From the human T2T-CHM13v2.0 reference genome, Homo sapiens, in NCBI RefSeq assembly GCF_009914755.1, contig NC_060936.1: 64,000 bases of DNA; one strand, 5' to 3'. Under the pieces are notes generated by a model. The model searched no databases and was not told where the DNA came from. It saw nothing but the letters and a program-made list of their open reading frames with translations. Made by a program: the position numbers and the translations under genes. This document shows, piece by piece, positions 39,301 to 52,529 of this stretch. The stretch's first letter is position 1, and the number at the start of each line of letters is the position of its first letter.

Positions 39301-39647
39301 TCAAAAAGAGAAATGTATTAGAAAGTGATCAAGGTGTATCAAGGAACCCAGATTACAGATGGACCTAGGGCTTGGAGCACTGTGGGAAGCTCAGAAATTC
39401 CATTTTGGGTCTTTGTCAATGCTTGTTCTTTACTCTCTTACTGGGGACAGGCTTCCTCTCATCTTTGGTTCATATGCTGGAATATGGCTGCCAAAAGTTC
39501 TCAAGTTTTGCATACTAATGTGAAGAGCCCAAGAAAGAAAGTGACCATTATTAATTCCCAAACTCATAGGGAGTGAGTTGATTGCCCTGGCTTGAGTCAA
39601 TGATCATTGCTGGTTACTGTGTATAGCATGCACATGTGGCATCCTAT

Positions 39648-41330
39648 TGTTATGGGATGTTTGGGGTGTCGTTTTTCTGGCTGGGAACCTGTGGCCAATG
39701 GCACTTTTGCCTGAGTTTTGCTTGTGCCAGCTGGGCTCATTTCGCCCACTTTGCCTGGCAGCTGCGCTTGGCTCACACTACTGGCCTAGGTCCCACACTA
39801 GCCAAGGATGAGTCAGGTGTGGAACGGTGAGGGGTGTGTGAGTGAGCATGGGGTCCAGCCACGGTGCACAATCAGATATGCCAGCTGCTGCAGTGGGGCA
39901 GGCAGCTCCAGATGCTGTCATGGGCACTGGACCAGGTGCACCACAAGCGGCTTTCATGGCTGGTACTGGGGAATATGGTGGTGCTTGGAAGCTTGGAGAT
40001 GCCAGGAACCACAGGGCCCCAAAGAGGGAGTCACAGCCCTGGCTCAGGGAGTTCCCAGGTCTGGGCTCCCAGAAGGACTGCAGCTCTTCTTTCCTTCTCT
40101 TTTCCCACAACATGGCAAGTAAGGGGCATGTCTCAGCCCTGTTTGTGCGACAGTTCTTTTAGCCTCACCATTCAATGGGTCTTGAGTTCTTGTCCTGTGA
40201 CCAGGAAGAATGAGGTATGTAGGGGAGTGGAGGGTGAGCAAGATGAATAGGAGCCTTATTGAATGATAGAAAAGCTCAGAGGGAACCTGTCTGTGTGTGT
40301 GTGTGGTGGGGGGCGGTGGGGCGGACAGCTCCTTTCCACAGCCAGGGTATCCTGACAAGTGTTCAGCTTCTAGCAGAGAAGGTAGCTTCTCTCTGCAGCT
40401 GGTCATCCCGTTGCTTGTGCAGCTTTCAGCAGAGGAGGACCTAGAGTGTGTTGCTCCTCTCTGCATCCAGTCGTCTGGATGTCTGCTCAGCTCTGGCTGA
40501 GCATGGGGCTCTTATAAGCCTCAGAGGGGAGGAAGTGTACATTGATTGGGTGGCCATGGTTGGGCCGGGAAAAGGCACCACAAGTCCCTACTCTGGTCTG
40601 TGGGATGGCAGCCTGTTCCCTGCTCACTGGGGACCCGCCCCCTTCCACCCAGGAATCTTTCTGCCTCCTGCTGCCTGTTCATGGCACCCAGGCTATAAGT
40701 GCCAAGGGGTATCTGCAGGCCAGCATCAAGCTGCCCTCAGCTCCACCTTGGCTTCCCTCCTATGCTCATTGGTGCCCAAAATTTGTGGGGGGTGAGGTGG
40801 CAGGGAGCTGGAGTGTCAACACTGCCCTGAGCATGTGCACACCCAGCAGTGCTGTGACAGCACTGGAGCTTGCCCCGACTTTGCTCCGAGATAGGAGCAG
40901 GCAAGGACAGCAGGGAGAAGCCAGGCAGTGGGAGCAGGCATTTCTGAGCCTGCAAGGGCAAGGGGGGCTTTCCTGGGCCCCCAAAAGTGCAGGGATGCTT
41001 GAGTCCGCAGCTGTGGTTTGGGTGACCGCAGCTGTGGTTTGGGTGACTGCAGCTGTGGTGGGGGGTGGCTGGGGGATGGGGGGTGGTTGGGGGGTGGGAG
41101 GGGTTGCAGACGGGGCTCCTGCCTGCTCCAGGAGAGGGAGACCTGGGTCTTCAGCGTGGTTTGGGCGGCTGCAGCAGCACTGGGGAGCCCCACCCCAGCT
41201 CAGAAGGGGCAGGGCTCCTGCTTGTCCCTGGCTCTCGCGGGCTCCATGGAGAGGGCAGCCCTGGCCGCGCCTCCCTGATGCAGCCAGTGTGATGGCAGCA
41301 GCTGCTCCAGATGGCCCACTGCTGCCGTCA
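39648..41330 (-). mobile_element. MER52-family ERV1 solo LTR, full length (1683 bp)
   Basis: TG...CA termini, 4-bp TSD CTAT at 39644-47 and 41331-34. Reverse complement starts TGACGGCAGCAGTGGGCCATCTGGAGC. Confidence 0.88.
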
Positions 41331-44300
41331 CTATGATAGGAACATGGTGTCTTCTGTTTCAACCTCATGGATGGGAATATATATTGCAAAAAGAAGGAAG
41401 TTTTAGAGAAGGGATGCTGGGCAAAAAACTGCTACAGGTACTCAAAACATACTGTTTAATTTTATTGTGTGGACTGACTACAATAGGAAGGACACACACA
41501 ATTTACAATGGTGGTATGTATATATGTATACCCACATCTAGGAAAGTACAAGACATATACACATAATGCACATTCCTGATGCTTATTTTTTCTAGATGTG
41601 ATATTCTGTATATACGCTTAAAACACAGGACTCTTCTGTGAAGTTTTCTACTGAAAACAAATTAAGTCTCATTTTAATGAGAGAATTAGAGGAGTATAGG
41701 TTAATGTATTCTAACCATGTATTCTATTTTTTTTTTTAAATCACGTTACTAATAGAAGTCCTGTTGTCATTAGACATTCCAATAAGATTGCGTTACAAAT
41801 GTAATAATGGTCCATAGAGAAACTAAAATAAATAGTAACAAAAGAGTTGGATTACAATCTATTTAGGAATGTAAGTAGAGGCTTCCTTCCTACCCTAGGA
41901 AGTGATAGTCATCCTCCTCCTCTCTACTTTTTGAAAACTTTTTACACTCATCTCTCACAGCTGTTTTTCTGCTGTTCATAGAGCTTTCTTGCCAGCTCCT
42001 TTAGACTGTGAACTCTTTGAAGGTAGGCACCATCTTTGTAAGATCTGCAGTTCATGTTGTATGTAGAAAATGATAGATACTCAGTGAAATTCCACTGGTT
42101 GTCTAAATAAGTCAATTTCCATCAGAGATACCACCATGTCAAGGGTTTTCAAAATCTTTTGGCTAGGTTAATATGTGGAGCCTGAAAATTTGTGAGAAGT
42201 AATTTTGACCAATATTGAAATAAAAATAGAAAATGTTACAATACCAGTATCATCACTTTTAAGGACATCCGCAGGAAGATGTAAGTGAAAAGAGTTACTA
42301 AAGAGAGTTGGGTACTGAGGAGCAAAGGTTTACCACTAAACAGGGAACTGAATCCAGTGCAGACTCTGAGGAGAAATGGGATGGTTCCTGTGAGCAGAAA
42401 GACAAAGAACTGTCTCTGTTCTCCATTAGGAAAGCAGTGCCTGAGTATTGTTGATTTGTTAGTAATAGCTGAGTCATAGCTAGGATAGCTAGGTAGGGCC
42501 TGAGTTGGCTCGGTGGTCTGCAGCCATGTGGGTGCCTTTATTGCTTTTATGATGTCCAGCTCACCTCTGCTGCATGAGAGAAATGCCTGAGCCAGTCATG
42601 AGTCACCCAGTCAGGTCTGCAGTGGTATCAGAAGGCTACATGGCCAGGTCAGAAGTTTATTAGAGTCGAGGAGTTTAAGAAGTTAAAAAGAAAAGAATAA
42701 AATTGATGAACCTCCAGAAATTTCATTAGTGTGGTAGGAGCAGAGCCAATAGGTTCTATTACAGAGTGAGTGTAGAATGAAGAAATGGATGTAGTGATTG
42801 TAGACTGTTTTTAAGCGTGCTAGTTAAGAGAAGGGGTAAGAAAATTATTTATGCAGAGTCTGTTCCAAGGAGCTTTAGATTATGGGAGAGCTGAATCTAT
42901 AAGAAGAGAACAGAAAGTTTCCAGAAAGCAGCCAAGAGCTACCTGATGTTAATGGCTTGTGTCTGTAGGGGAAATAGCAACACTCTTTTGTGCCTTTCTG
43001 CAAGTTTTAAGAACCCAGGAATAAGAATAGAGAAAGCAAATGTAGGGAGATTGAACTTGGGGAATTGACAAGGCACACTTGGCCAGCAGTCAGGAGGGTA
43101 AGACATCTAGAGTAACCATAAATATATTATTGGAATCATTGGCCATGGTACCCGGAGAAGCAGGGAGGCAAGTGAACCCATAATGGAAGTGATGTTCAGA
43201 AAAATGGATAGCAGGGGTGAAGACTACAAGTCACCATAAAAGTAAAATAAGAGTAGAGATATGAAGTGGATGAGCTGGGAAGATTGTATGTGATAGAGAG
43301 GAGGGTTTCAGATTTCAGGGTGAGTTGGTGGAATTTTAAGCCTGTTATTGCAAAATTGGGTGGATGAAGGGAACTGAGGATAGAATCATGGAGTGAGCAG
43401 AAAGTAAAGTAACCAAAAGGTTGTGTTGGAACAAGCGTCAATAACATGGAGAGGTGATCCTGAACAGGTTGGGAGAATCTCTGAAAAAGCTGTAAATCAG
43501 GCTTCAGATTCATGAAAAAAGTTCAAGAGTGTCACCTGCAGGGCCAGGTAGAAAATAGGAATAGTGAAAGCCATGAACACTGAAAGAAGAGAGTTGTTTT
43601 CATGGAAGTGGAGGAACAGTGGTGTAAAAGCAGCAATGGCAGAAGCTGAGAAAGTGCTCATCCTTCTCTCTGCCTCTGAGGGTGGATGAGAGCAGATCTG
43701 CTTAAGGATGAGAGTGTGGGCAGAAGTAGTGGGAGTCAGGGGTTTGTGCAAAGGATAAAAGTGTTGAGAAAAAGGATTACTTATGCGGCAGACGGAATGG
43801 TAGACTGGAGGGACATGTTAACAACAGAACAGAGGGAGGACTGAGCAGGCCAAATTTAGTTAATGGAGGAGCTTATAGAACCATTGAGCCCCAAGGTTTC
43901 CATTGGGATATTGATATAATGGAGTAAGCCTCAGCAAATCTCCATCCCCTTGTGACTGGCTTTGGCTTATGGTGGATTCAGTGATGAACAATAATGGGTT
44001 TTGTTATATAATCTACAGTTTATCAACTGCCCTGAGGTTTAAGAGTCTACATATTGAAGAGGCTAATAGAAGCTAATAGAAAGAGCTTGAAGTGAAAAAC
44101 AAACAAATCTAAAAAACAGAACAGTTTGGTCAGTGTATCCATGATTACAGTATGTTTATACTTGATAATGTGTGTGATAGATTGCATGGTGCACAGCCAG
44201 TTATTTTTTTCCTTCAGTAGAGAGGAAGGAGATGATTCTGGCTGTGATCTTCCTTCCCTTATTCTTCCTGGTAGAATTTTGGGTGACTGCAGAGGGAGTT

Positions 44301-46279
44301 GCCAGTCCAGTTGTCTCTTAGATAAGGTCCTGGCATATCTAGAGTAAAGTAATGGCATATAATCTGATAATATTAAAAAGTTTTTCTTTCTGGCTTCAGA
44401 TTTGTTTTTATTTTTTGACTTTCTTCTTCTTTTACATTCCAGTTCTTTAGGACTTTTACTTTAAAGAACTGTTTTTGGCCAAGCCTTTATAATCCAAGAG
44501 AGGTAGAATGTTGTGTAATACTGAGGAAAAAAGGAGTGAAAGATGAGGTTGGAGGTTTATGTAGCAGCCAGATCATGAAGGGGTTTGTATGTCATGTTAA
44601 GGAGTTTTGATTGTATGCTTTAGGCAGAGGGGAACCATTGAAGGATTTGAGCTTGGGAGGGCTTCAGGGTTATATAAGGAGCATTCTTTAAAAGCATGGA
44701 GATAATACAAAATGTCTTATCCTCTTTGTCAAAAGACTCTCAATTTCTTTTCTCCATTATTTACCTGACCAGGATCTGTTTTCCTGTTTCATTAAGGCTG
44801 CCATTTGGGTCTAGCTCAGCTTTCCTGAGGATTAAGGAATAGGCATTAAGTGACTGTCTGGGCAAGCAAGTGGAGTTTAGGTTGCAGTTGGCATGAAAAA
44901 ATGGCCAAACTTTTGCACCAAATGTGTTGCAGTACAGAGAAGAATCTCTGGGTGACCATGATACAGAAGAAATGATAAGACAAAATTATATTCTAAAGGT
45001 TGATGTCACTCAGATTCAAATGGTTCTTATAGGATTTGATATCAAATTTCAGGAAGATTAACCAAGACATTCTGTTGAGATATATTAATATTTCTAGGGA
45101 TGAGACTTGTAGGAAACAAAGAAACAAATTATTTCCTGAAGAATCAAGTATTATTCTTGGAAGGCCTTTGTACTAAGATGGATAAATAAGGGTGAATATT
45201 CAGAGTGGAAGAAGATAGCAAAAGTACTAATAGTACGATCTGTCCTCAACCACTACCATCTACTAATGTTTCTTGACTTCCTTATCAGACCAGATGGCAA
45301 GATTAAGACTTGCTGGGTCTGGGAGATGCTGTTGTTTTCTCATTAAGTTTAATTTGGGGAGGAACTGGCAAATGCCTAAAACCAATCACTACCCATATGT
45401 GCTGTTCACATGGTACTGAAAATCATTTCTTACTGTCATCTTAAAACCATAGAAAAACATTCTTTTATTCATCCACAAATATATATTGAGCAACCGTGTT
45501 CAACAATGAACTGAAATATTGGGAAAATCTGTCATAATTAAGATCAAAGAGATAACTGACTGAGCAGAATTCATCAGAAGTTCATATAGATGTAGGACTT
45601 TGAGTTACAGAGAGAGGAAAAATTTCTAAATTTTCTGATTAACCTTAATCAACTCAGTGTCCTCTTTGGGCTTAGCATCATCTTAAATGATTTTGTTTTT
45701 ATGGGATTTAGGAGCCAGACAATAAGACAAGATAAACATACTAACATGCACTACATGGTACAAGACGCTGTTTTATAAAGAAAAGGTAACTTCAGTGGGA
45801 TGCTAGATGTTAAAAAAGAACAGAGAAGAAGACCAACGAGGGCATGGATAGTGATTGAGAAGTATTGGGTCTTGAGGGATGGATAGACATCGTGGGTGAA
45901 AGGCAAATTTGAGAGTTTTCTTCGTGAGAGGAAGAGTACACAGAAAGGATGACCACTGGGTTTTCTTAGAGTAAGAAACACCTTTTTTAGTTTCAGGAAT
46001 GGCTGTGATTTAATTACTGAGTGCAGATTTTAAAGAATATTTTTATAACAAGGAAGTACAAGAGGGTAACCATTCTTCCAGGCAGTGTTAGGTTTCATCT
46101 CCTCATGCAGCCTTGACCCAGCTGGATTGTTTTCATTCTTTGAACTGTAATAGGCCTTCAGTGTTTTTGAATCATTGTGCTAATATATTTATGTTGTTGT
46201 TTTTGTTTTTTCACATCTTTTCTCACTTACTGGATTGCAAGATCTTTGAGGACAAGAATTGTTTCCAGTGAAAAACACA

Positions 46280-46308
46280 CTCATATAAAATATATGTGTA
46301 TACACACA

Positions 46309-46340
<32 letters not shown>

Positions 46341-46655
46341 TTGCTGGGCAGCTCACAGAGATATGTATTATATATGTGTGTGTATTTTTTATATATATGT
46401 ATTTTATATACACATAGACATATACATGTGTGTATATATATTTAATATATATGTATTTAGCATCTTGGGAGGCTTATAGAAATAATGTATGGCATATATG
46501 TGTGTGTGTGTGCACGTGCATGTGTATACTGAGCAGCTCAAAGATGTATAGCGTGTGTGTGTGTGTATATATATGTTCTCACATGATATATATAGTATGT
46601 ATATACACACACACATATATATACACACACAGTATATATATGTGTGTGTGTATGT
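46280..46655. repeat. Compound (CA)/(TA)/(TG) microsatellite block inside an L2 3' end
   Basis: Directly visible. Flanks (attgcaagatctttgaggacaaga ... cactcagtaaatatt) are L2 tail-like. Confidence 0.85.
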
Positions 46656-47479
46656 AATCTCCATGGTACATAGCATAGCACAGCTCCTTGCAGTTGTAGT
46701 CACTCAGTAAATATTCAGAGGATGGTTGATATAAGATGCAGTCTGAAGAAAAAAATCAATAGGTTTTGATGAGTGCCTTTATTTGGGTGACAAAAAAATA
46801 GAAGTGAATCAAAGAAAACCTCAAAGTTTCAGGTTGCCTGACTGAGTAGACGGTGCATTAGCCCTGTGCGGTTATTTCTGGAAGTTTTTCTCTTTGCATT
46901 CTTTCCCCTCCTCTCTTACTTTCACCCACTCTTCTCTGCTGAATTCCAGGTTCAGGGGGAGGACTGGCCACAGTGAAGCATTTTGCTTCCTTTCTTCCCC
47001 TGAAACTTAGTACTATATGATCCTGTCGTATCAGTGAGAGAAAAATGAAGAAATACGGAGTTCTATTTTTTTTTATTACCTGTGTCTCTCTGATGAAATG
47101 TAAATCTTTTAAATGGCAAGTCAGGCTGAAAGTTAGGTTATCTTCACACATGCCTAGAATTAATGCAGAAGTGTCTCTCAGTATTCCAGACAGGGAAAAA
47201 AATAAAGGACCACTTTGTCTAAATGGGAGAGTGGTCTCTTTTTTTCCTTTCAGTAATTCATTAGACAATGAGAAATTCCATCAGAAGGGCCTCTGTGGGA
47301 ATGTAAGAGATGCTTATGGTGGAGACAGTCCTTTTACCTTACTTTCCCTAGGGAAAGGCAGTGCGAACAGTGAGAGAGTAAAATAGTCCTGTGCAAAAGA
47401 ATCAACTGAGAATTTAGGGATCCTATTAAATAATGTGTTTTTAGAAGGCTATAGAGGAGTCAAGCACAGGCTGAACAGA

Positions 47480-47715
47480 GACAGTTAGTGGAAATAGCAC
47501 TGGTATTGGGCAGATTTGGATTGGGTTTTGGATTCCACCACTTATTAGAGGCAAGTTTCTTAACTAGATTTGTGTATTCTCCTATACAGAATGGAGATAA
47601 CAATGTAGATCTTGTAATGCAGTTGAGAAAGTTAAAAGAAACAATAGAAGTACAGTGCCTATCAAAGTGCTTGACACATAGGAGTGTGCAAAGCTTGGCA
47701 GCTACACAGGTAAGA
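47480..47715 (+). mobile_element. MIR SINE
   Basis: ttctcctatacagaatggagataacaat...aaagtgcttgacacatagg. Confidence 0.65.
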
Positions 47716-48174
47716 TCAAGTTGATGTCTCACTAGTGAGCAAGCTAGGACTGTAGGTAGGGTGGGGGAGAATGAGCACAGATGGTTAAATGGGATCCTCT
47801 ATGGGGACAGCTTAAAAAAGGTCATTTGCAAAAGGCAAGGAGGCATTGCTTATGAGGTGAAGACAGGAATACTGCTATTTCTGTTATAATACTGCTAGAT
47901 CTCCCAGCATAGTGCTACAGTGGAAAGTGTTGCAAAATTTGTAGTGTTTATTTTTCCTGTGATTACCAACTTGTGCAAATGACTTATAACCTAATTATTA
48001 GAGGAAGTGAGATGTTCGTGAAGTACGTTCATTTATGATTCTGTTACATGTGGGAAGATGGAATGTTCTTGGGTTTGTGGAAGAATTGCTTCCAGGAAGA
48101 AACCAGAGAGAGAAAGGTGTTTGAAGAGATAACGATTAAATCAGTAACCTAAATGTTTCTATGATTATTATCTA

Positions 48175-48217
48175 TGTGTGTGTGTATGTGTGTGTGTGTG
48201 TGTGTGTGCATGTGTGT
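48175..48217. repeat. (TG)n microsatellite
   Basis: Directly visible. Confidence 0.9.
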
Positions 48218-48369
48218 TTATATACACAATTATATCCTGCTAGTTATCAGGCTGTGATTAAAGATGGGGTGGAGGAAAACGACATACAACTTGAAAGATG
48301 GAAAAGAGAATATTTCTGCCCTAATGGAACTTCATAAAAATCATTCAAGTAATTTTATTTAAAAATTGG

Positions 48370-48590
48370 ATTAAAAATAATTCATTATGTTTCAGGTACT
48401 ATTCTAAGGTCTTTACAAAGATCATCTCATTTAATATTTATAATAATATAAGGATGTTTCTACCACAATATTTTTATAATCTATAGATGAGGAAATGGAG
48501 GCTGAGAGAGATGGCATAACTTGCCCATTGTAAGTGCTGGAGCTGGGCTTAAGCTCAGGTGATCCGACTGCAGAGATCCTGCTCTTCATT
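48370..48590 (-). mobile_element. MIR SINE
   Basis: atagatgaggaaatggaggctgagagagatggcataacttgccca. Confidence 0.75.
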
Positions 48591-48760
48591 GTTTGGCAGA
48601 GGCTATGATTGAATGACTATAGGCAGACACAGGGGTGTCTCTTTCTCTTCGTGGAACTTATTTGTTAGCTAGATGGTAGACACTTCTCAGAGAATGTGTA
48701 TTTTGAGCCTTCTAACCACAGATCTGCTGAGGAAGGCTTTACCTTTACCACCCTTTGGAA

Positions 48761-48956
48761 CAGGGTTTCTCAAGCTCAAGCTCTTTTGGACTGGATAACT
48801 TTTGTTGTGGGAGTCTGTCCTGTGCATTGTAGGATATTTAGCAGCGTTCCTGGCCTCAGCTAACTAGGTGCCAGTAGCACATCCGATGTGACAACTGAAA
48901 ATGTCTCTAGACATTGCCAAATATGCTCTGGCAAAATCACCCCGTTGAGAACCACT
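48761..48956 (-). mobile_element. MER20 (hAT-Charlie)
   Basis: cagggtttctcaa...ctgtcctgtgcattgtaggatatttagcagc...aaaatgtctctagacattgccaaat...gttgagaaccact. Confidence 0.85.
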
Positions 48957-49400
48957 ATGTTTGAATAATGACTTTGGTGGTTGATGATCTTATGGTGGTG
49001 ACTCCTTCTGGAGGTGTGCAGCCCATTTGGAGCATATATTCAAGGGGCAACATGGGCTTATCAAGACTCGTTTCTCTCACTAATCTCTATTTACTTCTCC
49101 AGATAAACATGGACCCAAATGCAATGAGAAGAAACCTAGTATATATCACTAGAGATGTTAGGAATTAAAACAAAAGGGGTAAGATATAAACATTCCCTTT
49201 TAATATTAGGAAACAGCTTCTCATGTGGAAAGAACACATGAGAAGGAAATTTTTGCAGTATCGTCTATGGTCAGGGATTGTTTGGAGGCTTTAGGGATGG
49301 TTTGTGGGTTGTTCAGTTTGCAGTTTCCAATGCACTGTTTTACTGATGTTCATTTACCCTTCATATTCTAAATGTGTGAGACTTGGTGGAGCCCCTACAG

Positions 49401-49575
49401 CAGTGGCTCTTAAACTACATGTGCATATTAGAGTCACCTGGGGACTTTTTTTCAAAATTCACATTTGTGAACTCTACTCTAGACTTAGTGAATCTGCACA
49501 TTCAGATATGGAAGCTCAGCTTTAAGGGTATATTAAAAGTCTCAGAGGTACACCCTGGAGCAAGAAGCATAGACT
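49401..49575. mobile_element. MER5-like hAT fragment
   Basis: cagtggctcttaaact...gtgcatattagagtcacctgggg. Confidence 0.55.
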
Positions 49576-52529
49576 AAAATTTTTCTTCCCATGCCCTCTA
49601 TTTGGGATGATCTTTGGTGGCTCTGCTTCTTCCCTTTAAGGGCACAGAAGTCACACACAGAGCATGTCTTTAAAATTCATATTGGCCATAACTTTCTAAA
49701 TTGCTATACCTAGCTGCAGACTATGTTGGGAAATATAATCTTTATGTCACATGGCCATGTGTCAAGCCAAAAATGAGGGGTTCTTAAACTAAGGATCTAG
49801 GGGAAGGGACATTGGTGGATAATTAGCAGTCCTTGCCACAGACTGTTATTAAAACACAGTAACAGTATCAGACAGTTGTTGAACACGGAATGTGTTCCAG
49901 GGGCAGAGAAAAGGAACCAGGTGATGTGGCTGCTATCATTATCCTTATTTTATAGATGAGGAAATGGAATCTGGAAGGACTGAACACTTGATCATTGTCA
50001 CATAGCTCGTGGATGTTAGGGCTAAAATGTTAAATAGCTTCTATCTGGTTCTACAGGCATTTTCCACTAGACTAATTACGCTCCCTTAATTTCCTCAAGT
50101 AATCTATTAGTTACAGGTTTTAGAGTCTTTAGATTTATATATATAATATTTTGCCCTTATTGGTAATATGAATGTCAATAGTCTTAATTGTTCTGATTTT
50201 ATTAGAATTATATTACTGTATATTTTGAATTTAATATCTACTTTGTTTTCTTAATTGTAAATGAGGAAAGGAAATACCACCATAAGGTGGGAACAGCTAC
50301 AGAGGGAGCTTGATGTTATTTAGTAAATTTGGCAACATTTTGAGCTTATAGTTCCCAATAATCCAGAGGATCATACATTAATAAAATGAAATCTTGAAGT
50401 TGTCAGAGTGATCCCGCCAGGGCAAGCTTCACAGGAAATCTGATTTGGATTTCTATGAATATATAGGCCTCTCTCCATGATAGCTAGTTCATGAATCAAG
50501 TAGAAAAAATACCTAGTTGAGCTTTATTTATCATCTTGAGATGACACAGTCAAACAACTGTCTCTAGAAAGTCTTAAAGCAATGTCTGTCTGATCGAGAG
50601 GACAGTTGACAGTGAGTTCCCCATAGCTAAGTCTATCCCTAAGATGGTTACTCTCATCTGAAATTTTTTCTAGAATTCTTTTGATTCCCACTATCACCAT
50701 GCCAGATTACACATCTAAATGAACCAGGGATGTTTTAGGAAATTATTAATATAGGGAATTCATTTCTCCAGGCTATGATTGACTTTTTAAATGGTAAGCA
50801 ATTCATAGCATGCTGATGTCTCTAGGGAAGTATTTCCTCTGTAAGCAGGTTGTATAGGGTTATAGGTTGTAGATAAGCAGAAATTGGTCTTAATGTCCCA
50901 CGTGTCTGTCATCTTATCTTGTGGTTAAAGATTTAGAGGAAGAGAGAGCAAGAGAGCACATGCGAGAGAGAGAGAGAGTAGATATTAACTTTTTCTATTA
51001 GAATACTCCACTAGTAAAAAAGACACAGAAAAATTTCAACAATAAAAGTTCTTAATTATGGGAAATAGTTACATGTGTGTTATATCATTTATGGCTCATT
51101 TTGTATTTTTATTTAAAAGTATTAAAATCCCAACAGTAACAGCAAACAACTCTGACAAAGTTAGAAAGATGACATTCCTACTGACATGCTCAGTAGGAAA
51201 TAATAAATGTTATTCCATAAATTAGGTTAAATCATTTCAACAAATTAATCCTCCCTGAAAAATGGATTACTAAATCCCACTAAAAGGCTCCAGCCTAAGT
51301 CATTATGGACAATTACATAAGATTATGATGGAACATTGCTGTTGCTCATGGTATGACTTCTGCAAATGAAATCACAGAATCATAAATTGCCTTCGGGGCA
51401 AGTCAAATAATTCATTACCTAATGGTAACTATGAATCCAGGAGGATTTTGGCTACAAGAATCGTTTGCCTCTTCAGTAACAGGTTCTAGCATTTTCAATA
51501 GGATTCACCCTAACTCTATGAGAGCGGTTGTATTAGGATGTACCTACAACTGGAGAAAGGATATTTCTGTGTCTGGTTTAATATGCAGGAGAAAGCCATT
51601 ATTAACTGGTTGGGCAATCCCAAGCCGGCAAGACAAAACAAAACAATAAAGCAACAACTCATCAGTAGTGAGATTTTATGGTTGAAGATGTGAAGGCTGT
51701 GAAAATGAGTAGGTGCAGTCTGAAAAGAGGAGATCATTTACTGGTTCCACTGATTCTGTGCCTAAAACGTGGATTCTTTTCAAACATGGTTATATGAATT
51801 CTCCACACACTCCAAATCTTAGAAGACAATCCTCGATTTCTCTCTTGGTGTTCTACCTCTCTCTACCTTGGCCATTATTACTTTTTAGCTTATTTATACT
51901 TGACACTCCAGTGGTACAGACAGCTCCATTTTGCCAGGCTTACTACCAGTGAGAAGCACTAATCCAAAGGCAAGTCTCATGCAGTTTGGGTTGTTCTGTT
52001 ATTCCCTTTTCCCCTCTGCTGCCTTATGGCCAAGTGTTTTTTCTGCTGGTGGATATCAAATCGAAACTCAGTTTTCTTCTAAAAAGTTATGAGATTAGAT
52101 GACTTAATCTAGTATTTTGCAAGAGAAATAAATAGGACTTAGATAATCTACCTCTTACAAACGTTTTCTATATTTGTGTATTCACTGAAAACAAACTAAA
52201 AGACAGTGTTCATTGATTCATCCATCAGTTTTTGATTCCATGTCAGGAAGTAATTATGGACTAAGCATAATACCTCTGTAAATCACAGGCTAGTCAATGC
52301 TTTTTGAAAATCTGCATAATACTAACATTATTAAATGAGAGTGGGGAGGACTTATTTTATGATACATAAAATTCTAGTACTGAACCATATAAGACAGACT
52401 TTTGCCCTAATTTCTCGTTCATTTTAAATTTATATTAAACAGCTCGGCAACAGTATTAGAGTAAGTAGACGTACACACTTCAGCAGTAGCAAAGAAAAAG
52501 ATAAGGATTCTTATCTGTGTAGGTATCAT

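Noticed and set aside
39636-41389. Cluster of 100-264 aa ORFs
   Set aside because: All lie within the GC-rich MER52 LTR and show no gag/pol/env motifs.
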